NCBI GenBank assembly: GCA_963674745.2
Contig: CAXXDV010000003.1
Coordinates: forward strand, 480,001-544,000
Origin: Desulfosudaceae bacterium
GTDB taxonomy: Bacteria; Desulfobacterota; Desulfobacteria; Desulfobacterales; Desulfosudaceae
DNA: 64,000 nt
Direction of reading: 5' to 3'
The notes beneath the pieces are model-generated. The model worked only from the letters and a program-made list of their open reading frames with translations. It searched no databases and was not told the origin of the DNA. Position numbers and translations under genes: made by a program. Positions within the stretch are counted from its first letter, which is position 1. The number at the start of each line of letters is the position of its first letter. This document shows, piece by piece, positions 11,018 to 21,593 of this stretch.

Positions 11018-11477
11018 TTAGCGCACCATGCCAGTAATTTTTTTCAACAGGGTTCCCTTATCTATCCCGTAGTGGCGGGGGATAACTTCCCTGCCGCCGT
11101 ATTTGTAGCAATATCCCTTATCCATGGCAAGCCCCATGCGATGGACCGGTACATCGGATTGAAGATGAACGCCGAATTTTCCCCCACGTTGGGCAAAACG
11201 GTCATTCTCTTTTTTGTCAAAGAATCCCAGGTCCCCAAGAATCGCGTATAAAGCCGGGCTGACCTGGGCATGACTGATCAAAAACCGGTCGCGCTCCTCC
11301 CACTCAGGATTTTCAGGGTCGAAGCGAAGAAAACCGCCATAATAAAGCGCAACCAGAATATCTATACTGGACAGGGAAGAGGTCACCATGCCCGGTGCCG
11401 GCTTTGATGCACATTTCGAGCATCTCTTGCCGGATTTAAAAGGTTTTATTCTTCAGCTCTTGAATAATGTGGGTCAT
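11018..11477 (-). pseudogene. Transketolase-like pseudogene: N-terminal subunit fused by deletion to the tail of a C-terminal subunit
   Basis: ATG 11477 reads MTHIIQELKNKTF*IRQEMLEMCIKAGTGH, then a +1 shift to VTSSLSSIDILVALY..RDRFLISHAQ..HLQSDVP, then jumps to a C-subunit-like tail (YKYGGRE..HYGID). Confidence 0.8.
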
Positions 11478-11817
11478 GCTTTCCTCTCTGTCGGCTGTTA
11501 GGAAACAATAATGCGAATTATGTTTTCAGCCTATATAAAATTTATTCTAAATGCCATAAAATGATTTAATTTTCCATATACTTTATGACCTTTGGACCGA
11601 TTTCGGGATGAACCAGCAACGATAACCATAATATGCCGAATCATTTTTGACTGGCAGTCGGAGCAAATTGCGGATTTGTTTTTGAATGCCGACAGTAGGC
11701 TAAAATTATTGACATGATTTTTGTTTTTTTTCGATACCTATGCTAATCACAGTTAATGCGCCTAAGATAATTCTGAAAACATTTTGACCTCGAAGAAGCT
11801 GACTAGGATAGTACCCG

Positions 11818-13863
11818 GTGATGATTTTGGACCAAAACAAGATTAGCGAAAGTGTAACTGTTATTATTCCTGCATATAATTCAGCCTTATCACTTCCTTC
11901 CTGTCTGGAATCCGTTTTGAACCAGTCCTGCCCACCTGTGGAAATTGTGGTTGTTGATGACGGCTCTACTGATGAGACGGGTGAACTCCTGTCTAAATAT
12001 CCGGTTAAACAGTTGCGTTTACCGCGCCGGATGGGTGCTGCCTATGCCAGAGTTGCGGGTGCCAGGGCGGCAAAAGGTTCAATCCTTGCTTTTCTGGATG
12101 CAGACTGTATCGCCGGTCCGGACTGGCTCCGTGATTTGGTCGGTGCAATGTCAGCGGATGTGGCCGGAGTCGGCGGCGGGTATCGGTTTGAAAATGGTCA
12201 TAACCTGTTTGAAACATTTATCTCCAGGCTGGCCAGGGACTGGTTTTCCCAAAAACAGCCGGAAGGACGCGCGATTCTTATCGGGGGTAATGCCGCCTTT
12301 CGGAAAGAGGTTTTCCTGGGCAGGCAATATTTCTGGGAACTATCCCATCGGCGGCATTTTGCCAGCGGGGATGATACGCTTTTATGTCTGGAGATTCTGG
12401 AGAAACACAAATTAGACTATTTGCCGGGTTCGCCGGTCACGCATCAATCCTATGGAACAGCAGGCTTCTTCCGACGACAGATAAGGTGGGCTAAGAGTCG
12501 GACATCACTTTTTTTGAAACCGCCGGTTAAACAACGAACGAATCTGGCTTCAGGTCCCATTATCAATCTTTTATCCCAGATATTAAGCATCGGGTTCGTC
12601 GTTTTATCGAGCGTGCTTGCTTTATCTGCCCCTTTTTCAGTTTTAGGGCTTCCTTTATTTGTATTATCAGTATTACTGTTTTTTTTCAGCCATTTGAATC
12701 CGTTGAGTGTGCTTACTGAACAACGACGATTTACGCTGTTTTGGATACCCGCGGCCTTTTTTTTATGGCTCAGAGGTTTATGCTATATCATGGGGATTGC
12801 CGGTGCTTTTTTTGCTGAAATGGTCAATGCTGCTGGTATATTAGTTGACAAGCTGGTATTCGCCCGCGACTTTTTTGATCCAAAAAGGCTTTTCAAAATA
12901 TATGTATTTGTAACCAATCGCTGTAACCAGCGATGTGACTTCTGCTTTTATCGCAATAAGTTAACCAGCCAAAATGATCAAGATACGCTGATGTTGAATG
13001 ACTATCAGAAAATATCAGATAATTTACCAACAATTCCCTATTTGACACTCACCGGTGGAGAACCTTTTCTAAGGAACGATCTGGATCAAATCGCCTTGAG
13101 GTTTTATAAAAAAAATCGAGTCCGTTATTTGGTAATTCCTACCAACGGGACGTTGCCCCGGGCAACCGAAGACATAATTGAAAGACTGTTGATCGATGCA
13201 CCCCATTTGAATCTTACGGTACAGGTTTCCTTGAATGGACTGGAAGACTACTTTTTTAACGGTAAAAATTCGGAAGAGACCGCCGTTGTTTTTGATACGT
13301 GGGATCGTCTGTACCGACTGCAGAAAAGGTTTCGTAATCTGAAAAGGAATCTCTCGCTGGTTATTACCCAGGACAACAGCGACGTGTTGGAACAGCTCGT
13401 GGAAAAAATATCAGTAGACCTGAAACCGGATCATTTTTTTATTACGCCTCAGAGATCGGGACCTGGAGTGGTTTCTCTTCCCCATATCACAACGGAAAGG
13501 TTTGTGAGCGTTCTTCAGAAAATGCAAATGTCCGATAAGCCCACTTTTTTTGATCATATTTATCGCTTTGTATACAAAACGGTAGAGCGTCATTTCGTCA
13601 ATGTTTATCGAACCGGTAAAATGCCTGCGCCCTGCCTGGCGGGGAAAAAGTTTCTGGTTATCGACCCCGAAGGAGAGGTTAAACTTTGTGAATTAAGAGA
13701 TGATAAGATCGAAAATGTTCTTGATCATAAATGGAAGAACATAGCATCGATGGGACAATTCACAACAGTCTTGAACAGCGTCTATCATGAAAATTGCGTC
13801 TGCACCTGGGGGTGCGCCATTGTTTCCAATACGATTCATCGCTTTTCAGTATTGAATTCTTAA
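11818..13863 (+). CDS. Fusion of GT2 glycosyltransferase, membrane segment and radical SAM/SPASM(Twitch)-like domain
   Basis: IIPAYN..VDDGSTD..FLDAD..RRQIRW (GT2); hydrophobic block; CNQRCDFC, TGGEPFLR and C-terminal CLAG..GEVKLC..CVCTWGC. Confidence 0.88.
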   Translation: MMILDQNKISESVTVIIPAYNSALSLPSCLESVLNQSCPPVEIVVVDDGSTDETGELLSKYPVKQLRLPRRMGAAYARVAGARAAKGSILAFLDADCIAGPDWLRDLVGAMSADVAGVGGGYRFENGHNLFETFISRLARDWFSQKQPEGRAILIGGNAAFRKEVFLGRQYFWELSHRRHFASGDDTLLCLEILEKHKLDYLPGSPVTHQSYGTAGFFRRQIRWAKSRTSLFLKPPVKQRTNLASGPIINLLSQILSIGFVVLSSVLALSAPFSVLGLPLFVLSVLLFFFSHLNPLSVLTEQRRFTLFWIPAAFFLWLRGLCYIMGIAGAFFAEMVNAAGILVDKLVFARDFFDPKRLFKIYVFVTNRCNQRCDFCFYRNKLTSQNDQDTLMLNDYQKISDNLPTIPYLTLTGGEPFLRNDLDQIALRFYKKNRVRYLVIPTNGTLPRATEDIIERLLIDAPHLNLTVQVSLNGLEDYFFNGKNSEETAVVFDTWDRLYRLQKRFRNLKRNLSLVITQDNSDVLEQLVEKISVDLKPDHFFITPQRSGPGVVSLPHITTERFVSVLQKMQMSDKPTFFDHIYRFVYKTVERHFVNVYRTGKMPAPCLAGKKFLVIDPEGEVKLCELRDDKIENVLDHKWKNIASMGQFTTVLNSVYHENCVCTWGCAIVSNTIHRFSVLNS

Positions 13864-14022
13864 TATTGAAAACTTATCGACACTCGTGAAATACAGGGGG
13901 TATTTTGTTGTTTTTGATTGCCTTATAATATATTTTTAACTGTTTTGTGTTGAAAATCGGGCTTTAATACCTGTAATTTTAATTTTTTAAATTGGTCACA
14001 GCTGACAGATAAAGAATAGAAA

Positions 14023-15300
14023 ATGATACTTTACATTCATCCTGACGCCAAAATGATCCTTCCTGATATTATCCCCATGTCTTTGCCAGGGCTCATAAAC
14101 CGTCTGGAGGCGCCTGTTTCGGGACGTTTTTATAATGAATGGACAAAAGCGGAAGTTAAAAAATCGGACATCATTATTATGGACATCCACTGGTATACGA
14201 CGATTAAAAGCGCCATCCGGTTGTCGTTCAAGCTGAAGGCTGTCAATCCTGAAGTCGTCATCATTGCCGGCGGACTGTCGGCTTCAGTGTTTGCCCGGCA
14301 AATATTAAAAGATTCACGAATCGACTATATTATTCGTGGAGACGGAGAAATCCCGCTGAACATGCTTGTCGATAAGTTGTTAAAAAGCGATGATGTCTCC
14401 AACGTCCCTAATCTTGTAACCAGGCAGTTTGAATCCAGTGAAAATTATTTTTTAAACAATAATGATTTTGATGATTCAAATTTCAGGGATATCGGTTTTT
14501 TTCCGAGCCTGCAGGAAAGGATATTCAAGCTTCATAATAGCTGTCATGACTGGTTTTATCCGGTTTATCCGACCCTGCTCGTTATGAGAGGATGCCCTTT
14601 TAAGTGCAATAATTGTTATGGCTCTCCGGATTACCAGAAAACGATTTTCAGTCGAAACTGGCTTTTGAGATCTGCGGAAAAAGTTAAAGATGATCTTGCT
14701 TATTGGAGTGATTCCAGAGATATTCATTTCTTAAATGTCTTTCATGATTTTATTGCCGCATTGCCTGAAGATTATGCTGATGTCGTTCTAGATCGGGGGT
14801 ACGATTTGAACATATCATGGGACTTTGTAGATGTCCCCTCCAGAGAGGGCTTGATGAGATTGATGGACTCTTTCAACGGTGGGTTGATTCAGTTCTCTCT
14901 TGATCGCAAGCATTGTACCTCTATCGAGTTGCACGATCTGGATACCCTTATTGATCGAATACAACAGGTAAAATCAAACCGGAAATATAAATGCCGTTTA
15001 TGTTATGCGCATCGATTTGTCCAGGATCATGAGTCGTATGCAAAAGCATTGCGCAGGGTCGTAAAGTCTACAGGCTGCCTTTTGTATAGAGCAGACTTCT
15101 GGTGGGATGAGGATTTGGCTCCGGATGTTGACGGCACCTGCACTGATGAGCAATACAGAAAATGCATTTCCGGTACCAATAAATTTGTTATGTACAATAC
15201 CATTTTTAAAGCCGGGGTGGCGGTACACAGACGTTTTCCCCGTGTGGCGGAATCAATGGCACATATGCTCAATCGCCGGTTTGTTCAGGCAGTCACCTGA
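14023..15300 (+). CDS. Divergent B12-binding radical SAM protein
   Basis: MDIHW..IIAGG..IIRGDGE B12-domain-like segment and RGCPFKCNNC; the C-terminal barrel is poorly conserved. Confidence 0.75.
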   Translation: MILYIHPDAKMILPDIIPMSLPGLINRLEAPVSGRFYNEWTKAEVKKSDIIIMDIHWYTTIKSAIRLSFKLKAVNPEVVIIAGGLSASVFARQILKDSRIDYIIRGDGEIPLNMLVDKLLKSDDVSNVPNLVTRQFESSENYFLNNNDFDDSNFRDIGFFPSLQERIFKLHNSCHDWFYPVYPTLLVMRGCPFKCNNCYGSPDYQKTIFSRNWLLRSAEKVKDDLAYWSDSRDIHFLNVFHDFIAALPEDYADVVLDRGYDLNISWDFVDVPSREGLMRLMDSFNGGLIQFSLDRKHCTSIELHDLDTLIDRIQQVKSNRKYKCRLCYAHRFVQDHESYAKALRRVVKSTGCLLYRADFWWDEDLAPDVDGTCTDEQYRKCISGTNKFVMYNTIFKAGVAVHRRFPRVAESMAHMLNRRFVQAVT

Positions 15301-15410
15301 CAGGTATCATTTTATCCTGTCGATTTATTGTGGCTGGCCGGTCATTTCAGAAAAAAGATTGCCTTGATGTATTTATAAACCATCAACTTTTTTAGTCGCA
15401 AACCGGTAAA

Positions 15411-16829
15411 ATGCCCGATAAAGAAAAACCACGCAAACGGATTTTACTGGTTTACGTCAGCAGGTATTCCTCTGGTAAGCTATCAATGCCTGTTTATCAA
15501 TTATCTTCCTATCCGCAACTCGGACTGCTGTATCTTGCCTCGGTTTTACGAAACGAAGGGTTTCAGCCCGAATATCTTGACCCTGTTTCGACGCCCCTGA
15601 ATCGGAGTGCCTTTTTAAAAGCCATTTCGCGCGATGATGTTCTGTTCGTTGGTTTTTACAGCAATTTTGCATTAAAAGAGGCCGTCTGCAGGTTTATTGG
15701 CATTGTTAAAGACATAAAAAATATTCCTGTGCTGGTGGGCGGCCCGGGATTCTATGATGCGGGATCATACTTTAATGCTGGTGCAGATGCGGTCGTAGCC
15801 GGTGAGGCGGATGACATTATCGGTTCAATCGCCAGGAGAATAGAGGCGGGCCGTTCCCTGAGGGGCATAGCCGGTGTTACGCTTCCGGAAATATTTCCGT
15901 TAACCTTGTCCGCACCGGTTTTTCCGAATTCAGATATAAATGACTTGCCCCGGCCGGACTGGCGCCAGTCGGATCCGCGAAATTGTTTCTGCCCGACCAT
16001 GGTTTTTGGCCGGCATCCTTTTGCAACTGTTATGGCTTCCCGCGGTTGCCCGATGGCCTGCGCTTTCTGCTGGATGGCCAACAGAAAATGGAAGACGCCC
16101 TGGCGGATTCGTTCAGCAGAAGATGTCGTAATGGAAATCGTTGAGTTGCATCGACGTTTTGGTGTCAGGCATATCAGTTTCCAGGATGATTGTTTCGGTG
16201 CAAGGCTGTCCTGGGTCGATGACCTTTGTGAAAGGTTACTTCAATCTTCACTGGATATCACGTGGGATTGTTATGGGCACCCGCTTGTTTTCTCGAAAAT
16301 GAATAATAATTTTTTGAAAAAAATCCGAAAATCAGGTTGCCGGAGTGTTCATTTCGGCCTGCAATCAGCTTCACCTTCCGTCCTGAAAAAAATTAATCGA
16401 AGCCCGGACGAAGCGGATATTTTAATACGGCTTTTCCCGCTGATGAAAAAATTGGGATATTACCTGATACTTGATTTTATATATGGGCTTCCGGGTGATA
16501 CCCGGCAGAGCCTGGCTGCAAATTTTAATTATGCTCTAAAAGCGGGGCCCCACAGAATTTCGATAGCCCCGCTTCTGGTTTTTCCGGGGACAGGCCTTTA
16601 TGAAGTGTATAAAGAAAACCCGCCTTCCTCGGTTTCCAATGAAGAGATACGCAATGCGATTGTTCAAGGCATGAAAAGATATCATTTAAGACCCGGAATT
16701 GTTTTCGAGAATGTGCGTTTTGCATTGAAATACAATCCGGATTTTATCATTAGACTCTTGGCCTCGGCGCCGGGTTGGTTCGGATATTTTGCCAGGCTCA
16801 ACGAGTTTTACAAGTCTATAGATGAGTGA
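15411..16829 (+). CDS. B12-binding radical SAM protein
   Basis: PQLGLLYLAS, VLVGGPG, GEAD, SRGCPMACAFC and FIYGLPG motifs. Confidence 0.92.
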   Translation: MPDKEKPRKRILLVYVSRYSSGKLSMPVYQLSSYPQLGLLYLASVLRNEGFQPEYLDPVSTPLNRSAFLKAISRDDVLFVGFYSNFALKEAVCRFIGIVKDIKNIPVLVGGPGFYDAGSYFNAGADAVVAGEADDIIGSIARRIEAGRSLRGIAGVTLPEIFPLTLSAPVFPNSDINDLPRPDWRQSDPRNCFCPTMVFGRHPFATVMASRGCPMACAFCWMANRKWKTPWRIRSAEDVVMEIVELHRRFGVRHISFQDDCFGARLSWVDDLCERLLQSSLDITWDCYGHPLVFSKMNNNFLKKIRKSGCRSVHFGLQSASPSVLKKINRSPDEADILIRLFPLMKKLGYYLILDFIYGLPGDTRQSLAANFNYALKAGPHRISIAPLLVFPGTGLYEVYKENPPSSVSNEEIRNAIVQGMKRYHLRPGIVFENVRFALKYNPDFIIRLLASAPGWFGYFARLNEFYKSIDE

Positions 16830-16862
16830 TCGAAAAACAGCAGTTACCCGGGGTGAGGAAGA

Positions 16863-18293
16863 CTATTTGTTATATAAAAAAGGGTAACCAAGGATTTTAA
16901 AAGCCGTTATTGTGGTCTGGCGTAATTGAGAACCGGATTTTATCTTTTTTAACCGATTGATGATATAGCCGGGCCGAAAATAAAATCGTAAATATAATGT
17001 GGACAATTTTCGGAGCATAAGTTTTTCCGAGTCGGTGTTCGGGTTTAAGATGAATGGACAGTCGTCGGCATACCTGCTCTTTGTTACCGGTTGTGTTTCA
17101 TCATGCAGTTGGGCTCCCGGCATCACGCATGTGAGCTGGAATTGCGGGTAATCAATTTTTAATTGTTTTGCATATTTCAGTAACCTCAGATGGGCATCCG
17201 GTTTCTCGCCGGGAAGTGAAAGCATTAAACCGCCTGAAATTTCCATGCCGGCTTTTTTGGCCCATGAGGCCGCTTTGCGGGCCTGGGTCACGGTGATTCC
17301 CTTGCCGATTGCGTCCAGAACCTCCTGGTCATCGGTTTCAAAGCCAAAGGATATTTGATGGCATCCGGCCCTGGCCATCAGTTCAAGCAGATCTTTATCA
17401 ACACAATCGACCCTTGTAGAGGCCCGCCAGGTAATATCCCAGGACCGGTTAATTATTTCACGGCAGATATTTTCGACTAAATCCTGATTGCCCGAGAAAC
17501 ACTGGTCACGAAAATTGATACCGGGTATCTTGAAGCGGTTAACAACTTCATCGATTTCTGCCAGGATGTTGTCGGCACTTCGACATCGGTAAGCCCCCAG
17601 GGCATAAGTGTTCCCGTTACAAAACCGGCATTTACTGTGAGGGCATCCGCGACTGATCAGCATGGAAGTGACAGGGTTCCGGGGAGCAAAAGGTAGCGTG
17701 TAGCACTCATTACAAATCAGGTCCCGTGCAGGGAAGGGGATTCCATCAAGATCTTCAATCAGTGTGCGTTTGCCACGCTTTATGTCCCCTTTATGATCGA
17801 GATAGCTGCAATTGTCTTCCGGATTTCCGTCCATTAATCCGCGCAGCCCCCCTTCAATTTCACCCAGTATCACCAGGTCAATCGCACTGCCGGGATAAAG
17901 AACGAGATCTGGGGAAAGGGTCACATTCGGTCCTGACAGGCAGGCCTTTACATCAGTCACATGTTCTTTGACCTGTTTAATGAATTCAATATCGGTATCA
18001 AGGCTTTTCCAGCCCGTCGGGCATACGAGCCAGTCTGGATGAAATGACTTGATATTTCTGATGATCTTTTCTCGTGAAAAAGATTTCAGGTTGCCGTCTA
18101 TGAGTCGGACATCATGTCCCCGTCCGCGGACATATGATGCGCCATACATTGCATCCAGGGGTTGGAATAACAGGTGCCCCGGAACTTCTGTCCCGGTCCA
18201 GTCTCTCAAGTAATGGACCCTGACTTTACGCCTGAAGGGGGAGTCCGGCCGGATAATTCTATAGCTGTCTGGTATTATGAATAAAAATTTCAA
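16863..18293 (-). CDS. B12-binding radical SAM protein (CX4CX2C variant)
   Basis: SRGCPHSKCRFC, FRDQCF, GFET and LSLPGE motifs; TTG start. Confidence 0.88.
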   Translation of the reverse strand: MKFLFIIPDSYRIIRPDSPFRRKVRVHYLRDWTGTEVPGHLLFQPLDAMYGASYVRGRGHDVRLIDGNLKSFSREKIIRNIKSFHPDWLVCPTGWKSLDTDIEFIKQVKEHVTDVKACLSGPNVTLSPDLVLYPGSAIDLVILGEIEGGLRGLMDGNPEDNCSYLDHKGDIKRGKRTLIEDLDGIPFPARDLICNECYTLPFAPRNPVTSMLISRGCPHSKCRFCNGNTYALGAYRCRSADNILAEIDEVVNRFKIPGINFRDQCFSGNQDLVENICREIINRSWDITWRASTRVDCVDKDLLELMARAGCHQISFGFETDDQEVLDAIGKGITVTQARKAASWAKKAGMEISGGLMLSLPGEKPDAHLRLLKYAKQLKIDYPQFQLTCVMPGAQLHDETQPVTKSRYADDCPFILNPNTDSEKLMLRKLSTLYLRFYFRPGYIINRLKKIKSGSQLRQTTITAFKILGYPFLYNK

Positions 18294-18397
18294 TATTTTG
18301 TCGCTTTTATCGCCGTGGATAAGTCGTGTATATGTTCGTGTTTTTAATTAACATAACAAATAAAGGCCTGTATGTGATATATATCCTATTTTTAAGG

Positions 18398-19819
18398 TTA
18401 TCTTCTTAGATTCGTGGCCAATTCTGACAAAAGAAAGCGCATCCCGCGCAAGATTTCTTTCATCGGCAATGAACGCTGCCGTATCTGTTGGATTACAAAA
18501 CTCGGCCGGGCGTAAAACCATATCATCCCCAACGTCTGCAAATGCGAAAGTGTTTTTTCAGAAAGTGCGCCGGGAATGGTTGTCAGGGGCGGGGCGCCCT
18601 TAACGGGATGATACCAACTGCTGTAGGTTTCCGGGTGAAAATCTCGCAATAGTTGCTTTTTATACTGGTTAAAAAGTTGTGAACCCGGAAAAGGGATGGC
18701 AATGTTAAACTTGACCATGTCGCATTTTATTTTCCGGGCGAACTTAAATGTTTTAATGATTTCTGGTATCCCTTCGCCAGGCAAACCGATCATGAACAGA
18801 CCAAGGGTACGAATGCCTGCTTTACGGGTAATCGCCATAGCCCGTATCCCGTCTTCTAGGGTCGTCCGTTTCCCCAGGCTTTCCAGGATTTCTGGATCAC
18901 CCACCTCAAACCCAAATTGAATATGATGGCAGCCCGCTTCTTTCATGGTCCGCAAAATCTCTTCATCAACCATATTGACTTTAATTTCGCAACCCCATTT
19001 TATTTTTGGCCAATGCCTGGAGCTGCGAAATGCTTTGCAGAAATCCATTCCATATTGTTTGCTGGGAGGAAAGTTGGCATCTGCAAATATAAAACAGTTA
19101 ATCGCATAACGGTCTGCCAGCAGGTCAATTTCTTTCATGACGCTTGGAATGGATCGTATCACCACTTTTGAGTAAAAGCACTCCTGACCGCAGAAAATAC
19201 ACCGCTCCGGGCAGCCTCTGGAAGCCTGGATGCCAAGTGCTCTGCCATAAAATTGAATAAGCGGGAAAGAAGCGTATTGGTTTAGATCCAAAATGTGCCA
19301 GGCTGGATAAGGAAGGGCATCTAAATCCCGGTTTTGGGGGCGCTCTTTCGTTTTTATTATGTTACCCGCAGGGTCCCGAAAAGCCAGACCGGCAATATCA
19401 TTTAAAGGCAATTTGTTTGCCAGAGCATCCATCAGCTGCTCAACTGTCTCCTCCCCCTCACCCAAAACCACGATGTCTGCCAGTCCATCCGTTAGAATAG
19501 ATTCATAAAAAATGGAGGGATGAACACCGCCAAGCACTATGGTTCCGGAAAAGCCTTTCAGTTTCAACAAGTTGCATATTTCAGCAACGTTGGGCATGGT
19601 AGGCGTAAGAGCCCCGATCCCCACCACATCAGGATTGAAGCATAGAATATTTTCCACAAGACGTTGATTTGATCGTCTGGTGGCAAATTGATCTTCCGCT
19701 TTTACAATGTGTCCGGCCGCTTCCATTACGGCCCCGATATAGGCCAGGCCCTGTGGTGGAATCGGCATAAGCAGAGGGTGCCGTTGCGGATAATCAGGAT
19801 TAATAAGAAAACATTTCAT
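18398..19819 (-). CDS. B12-binding radical SAM protein
   Basis: PPQGLAYI, GGVHPS, GEGEET, SRGCPERCIFC and FMIGLPGE motifs; start could be 19849. Confidence 0.92.
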   Translation of the reverse strand: MKCFLINPDYPQRHPLLMPIPPQGLAYIGAVMEAAGHIVKAEDQFATRRSNQRLVENILCFNPDVVGIGALTPTMPNVAEICNLLKLKGFSGTIVLGGVHPSIFYESILTDGLADIVVLGEGEETVEQLMDALANKLPLNDIAGLAFRDPAGNIIKTKERPQNRDLDALPYPAWHILDLNQYASFPLIQFYGRALGIQASRGCPERCIFCGQECFYSKVVIRSIPSVMKEIDLLADRYAINCFIFADANFPPSKQYGMDFCKAFRSSRHWPKIKWGCEIKVNMVDEEILRTMKEAGCHHIQFGFEVGDPEILESLGKRTTLEDGIRAMAITRKAGIRTLGLFMIGLPGEGIPEIIKTFKFARKIKCDMVKFNIAIPFPGSQLFNQYKKQLLRDFHPETYSSWYHPVKGAPPLTTIPGALSEKTLSHLQTLGMIWFYARPSFVIQQIRQRSLPMKEILRGMRFLLSELATNLRR

Positions 19820-19832
19820 TGTTTTTGAAAGA

Positions 19833-21284
19833 CTAATGTTTTTTACCATTGATTAAATAGTTTTTTATGGTAATGCCACCACCCAACAGCATATTTCCGG
19901 GTGACACATTACCTTTAATAAAATGACGTAATATCAGTTTTGGCCGGATGTAAAAACGGAAAAAAGCTTTTTTTTGCCAGTGCTCAAGCTGTCGTGAAGA
20001 CATCCCGTCGGGCGTATAAACAAGATCATGTGCTTCAGCATTTTTTTGATAGTTTGCAGAAAAATTTTCCCAGGCAGGGATTGTCTTGTTTCTGAATACG
20101 TCTTGAAAAAACTGTGAGCCTGGATAAGGTACGGCTATGTTAAACTTGGCAAAATCCAGCCCGGAACGTTTCGCGTAATCAATCGTTTTTATAATGCTTT
20201 GTTCTGTCTCTCCGGGCAATCCCAGCATGAACAGGCCCAGGCTCAGGACCTTCTCGGTCTTGGCAGCTGATACCGCCTTTTTACCGTCAGCCAGCTTTAA
20301 TCCCGGTTTCATTCGGGTGAGCAAATCCTGATCACCACTTTCCAGTCCGAAAATCAACATGTAAAGGCCTGCCTTTTTCATCATCCGAATAAGCGGACGG
20401 TCTATCAGATCGGCCCTTGTTTCTGTTATCCATCTTATCTTATTGTGAAGGCCCTTTTTGGTTATCTCTCGGCAAAAAGTTTCTGCATCTTGGGTGGTTA
20501 AAGGGAAGATGGCATCGGCAAACCAGAACATATTTATACCTGTTTTATTGTAAATAGATGCAACCTCGTCAGCCACCAGGGCAGGGTTCCGCTTTCGAAT
20601 TTTTGGGCTCATTACGTTCTGAGCGCAAAAATAACATCGAAAAGGGCATCCCCTTGAGGCCAGAAGGGGGAGCAGCCGTTTGTTAAAGGAGAACATGGGC
20701 GGGGTTTTGTATTGATCTATGTCTACCAGGTGCCATGCCGGCAGCGGCAGGTCATCCAGATTGCGCACAAGATCCCGATCGGAATTTTCTATTATTTGAT
20801 CCTGATCAAGATATGAAATTCCCCGGATGTTTGCAAGATCCCCCTGGCCGGCCAGGCAGTCAGCAAGCTCGCCAACAGTTTCCTCGGCCTCGCCACGGAC
20901 GATGATATCTCCGAGTCCGTTTTTTAACAGCTGCTTTGCGAACAATGTGGGGTGAATATTGCCAAGGACAATTTTGGTGTAAGGGCTGTTATTTCGAATT
21001 AGTCTGGAAAGATGGGGTAGAATACCCATTACAGGCGTCAGGCAGGATATGCCCACAACGGCCGGATTCTTGAGGCGAAGGATGTCAACAAAAGGCACTC
21101 GGTTTTTGACAAAATCATCATAAATCGATACGTCAAACCCCTTTTTTCCCAACACAGCGGCAAGATAGGCCAGGCCCATGGGAGCAAATGGCACCATCAG
21201 CGGATCATAATCACCCAGAACATTATATTTTGGCCGGGGGTTGAGGAATAACCAGTCCAGAGGCTTATTATTTATACTTGTCAT
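19833..21284 (-). CDS. B12-binding radical SAM protein, paralog of the 18398-19819 gene
   Basis: APMGLAYLAA, GNIHPT, SRGCPFRCYFC, GLESG and FMLGLPGE; shares FADA.FP and KFNIA.P.PGS with its neighbour. Confidence 0.92.
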   Translation of the reverse strand: MTSINNKPLDWLFLNPRPKYNVLGDYDPLMVPFAPMGLAYLAAVLGKKGFDVSIYDDFVKNRVPFVDILRLKNPAVVGISCLTPVMGILPHLSRLIRNNSPYTKIVLGNIHPTLFAKQLLKNGLGDIIVRGEAEETVGELADCLAGQGDLANIRGISYLDQDQIIENSDRDLVRNLDDLPLPAWHLVDIDQYKTPPMFSFNKRLLPLLASRGCPFRCYFCAQNVMSPKIRKRNPALVADEVASIYNKTGINMFWFADAIFPLTTQDAETFCREITKKGLHNKIRWITETRADLIDRPLIRMMKKAGLYMLIFGLESGDQDLLTRMKPGLKLADGKKAVSAAKTEKVLSLGLFMLGLPGETEQSIIKTIDYAKRSGLDFAKFNIAVPYPGSQFFQDVFRNKTIPAWENFSANYQKNAEAHDLVYTPDGMSSRQLEHWQKKAFFRFYIRPKLILRHFIKGNVSPGNMLLGGGITIKNYLINGKKH

Positions 21285-21593
21285 CAGGAAATATTTATCG
21301 CAAAACCGGAAATGTAAATTCCAGCCTGAATAAGTTGAACATTGTCTCCGCAAGCTATAGAATCATTTATTTCAGGAATCGTTCTAAATAATTAAAAAAT
21401 AACTGATATTTATGTTGAATCCATCGCTTTTGTGATGCATTATAAAAAACTTATATTGGTAGAAAAAACGGAATTAAAGTTTCACATTAACAAATTTTGA
21501 CCATATGCCATAAAAGCTGGTTTCGTCAATGGTTTAAAAATAAAGGCGATAGAGTTGAATGGTGCGGCCGGAACAGCAGAAAGGCACTGAAGA

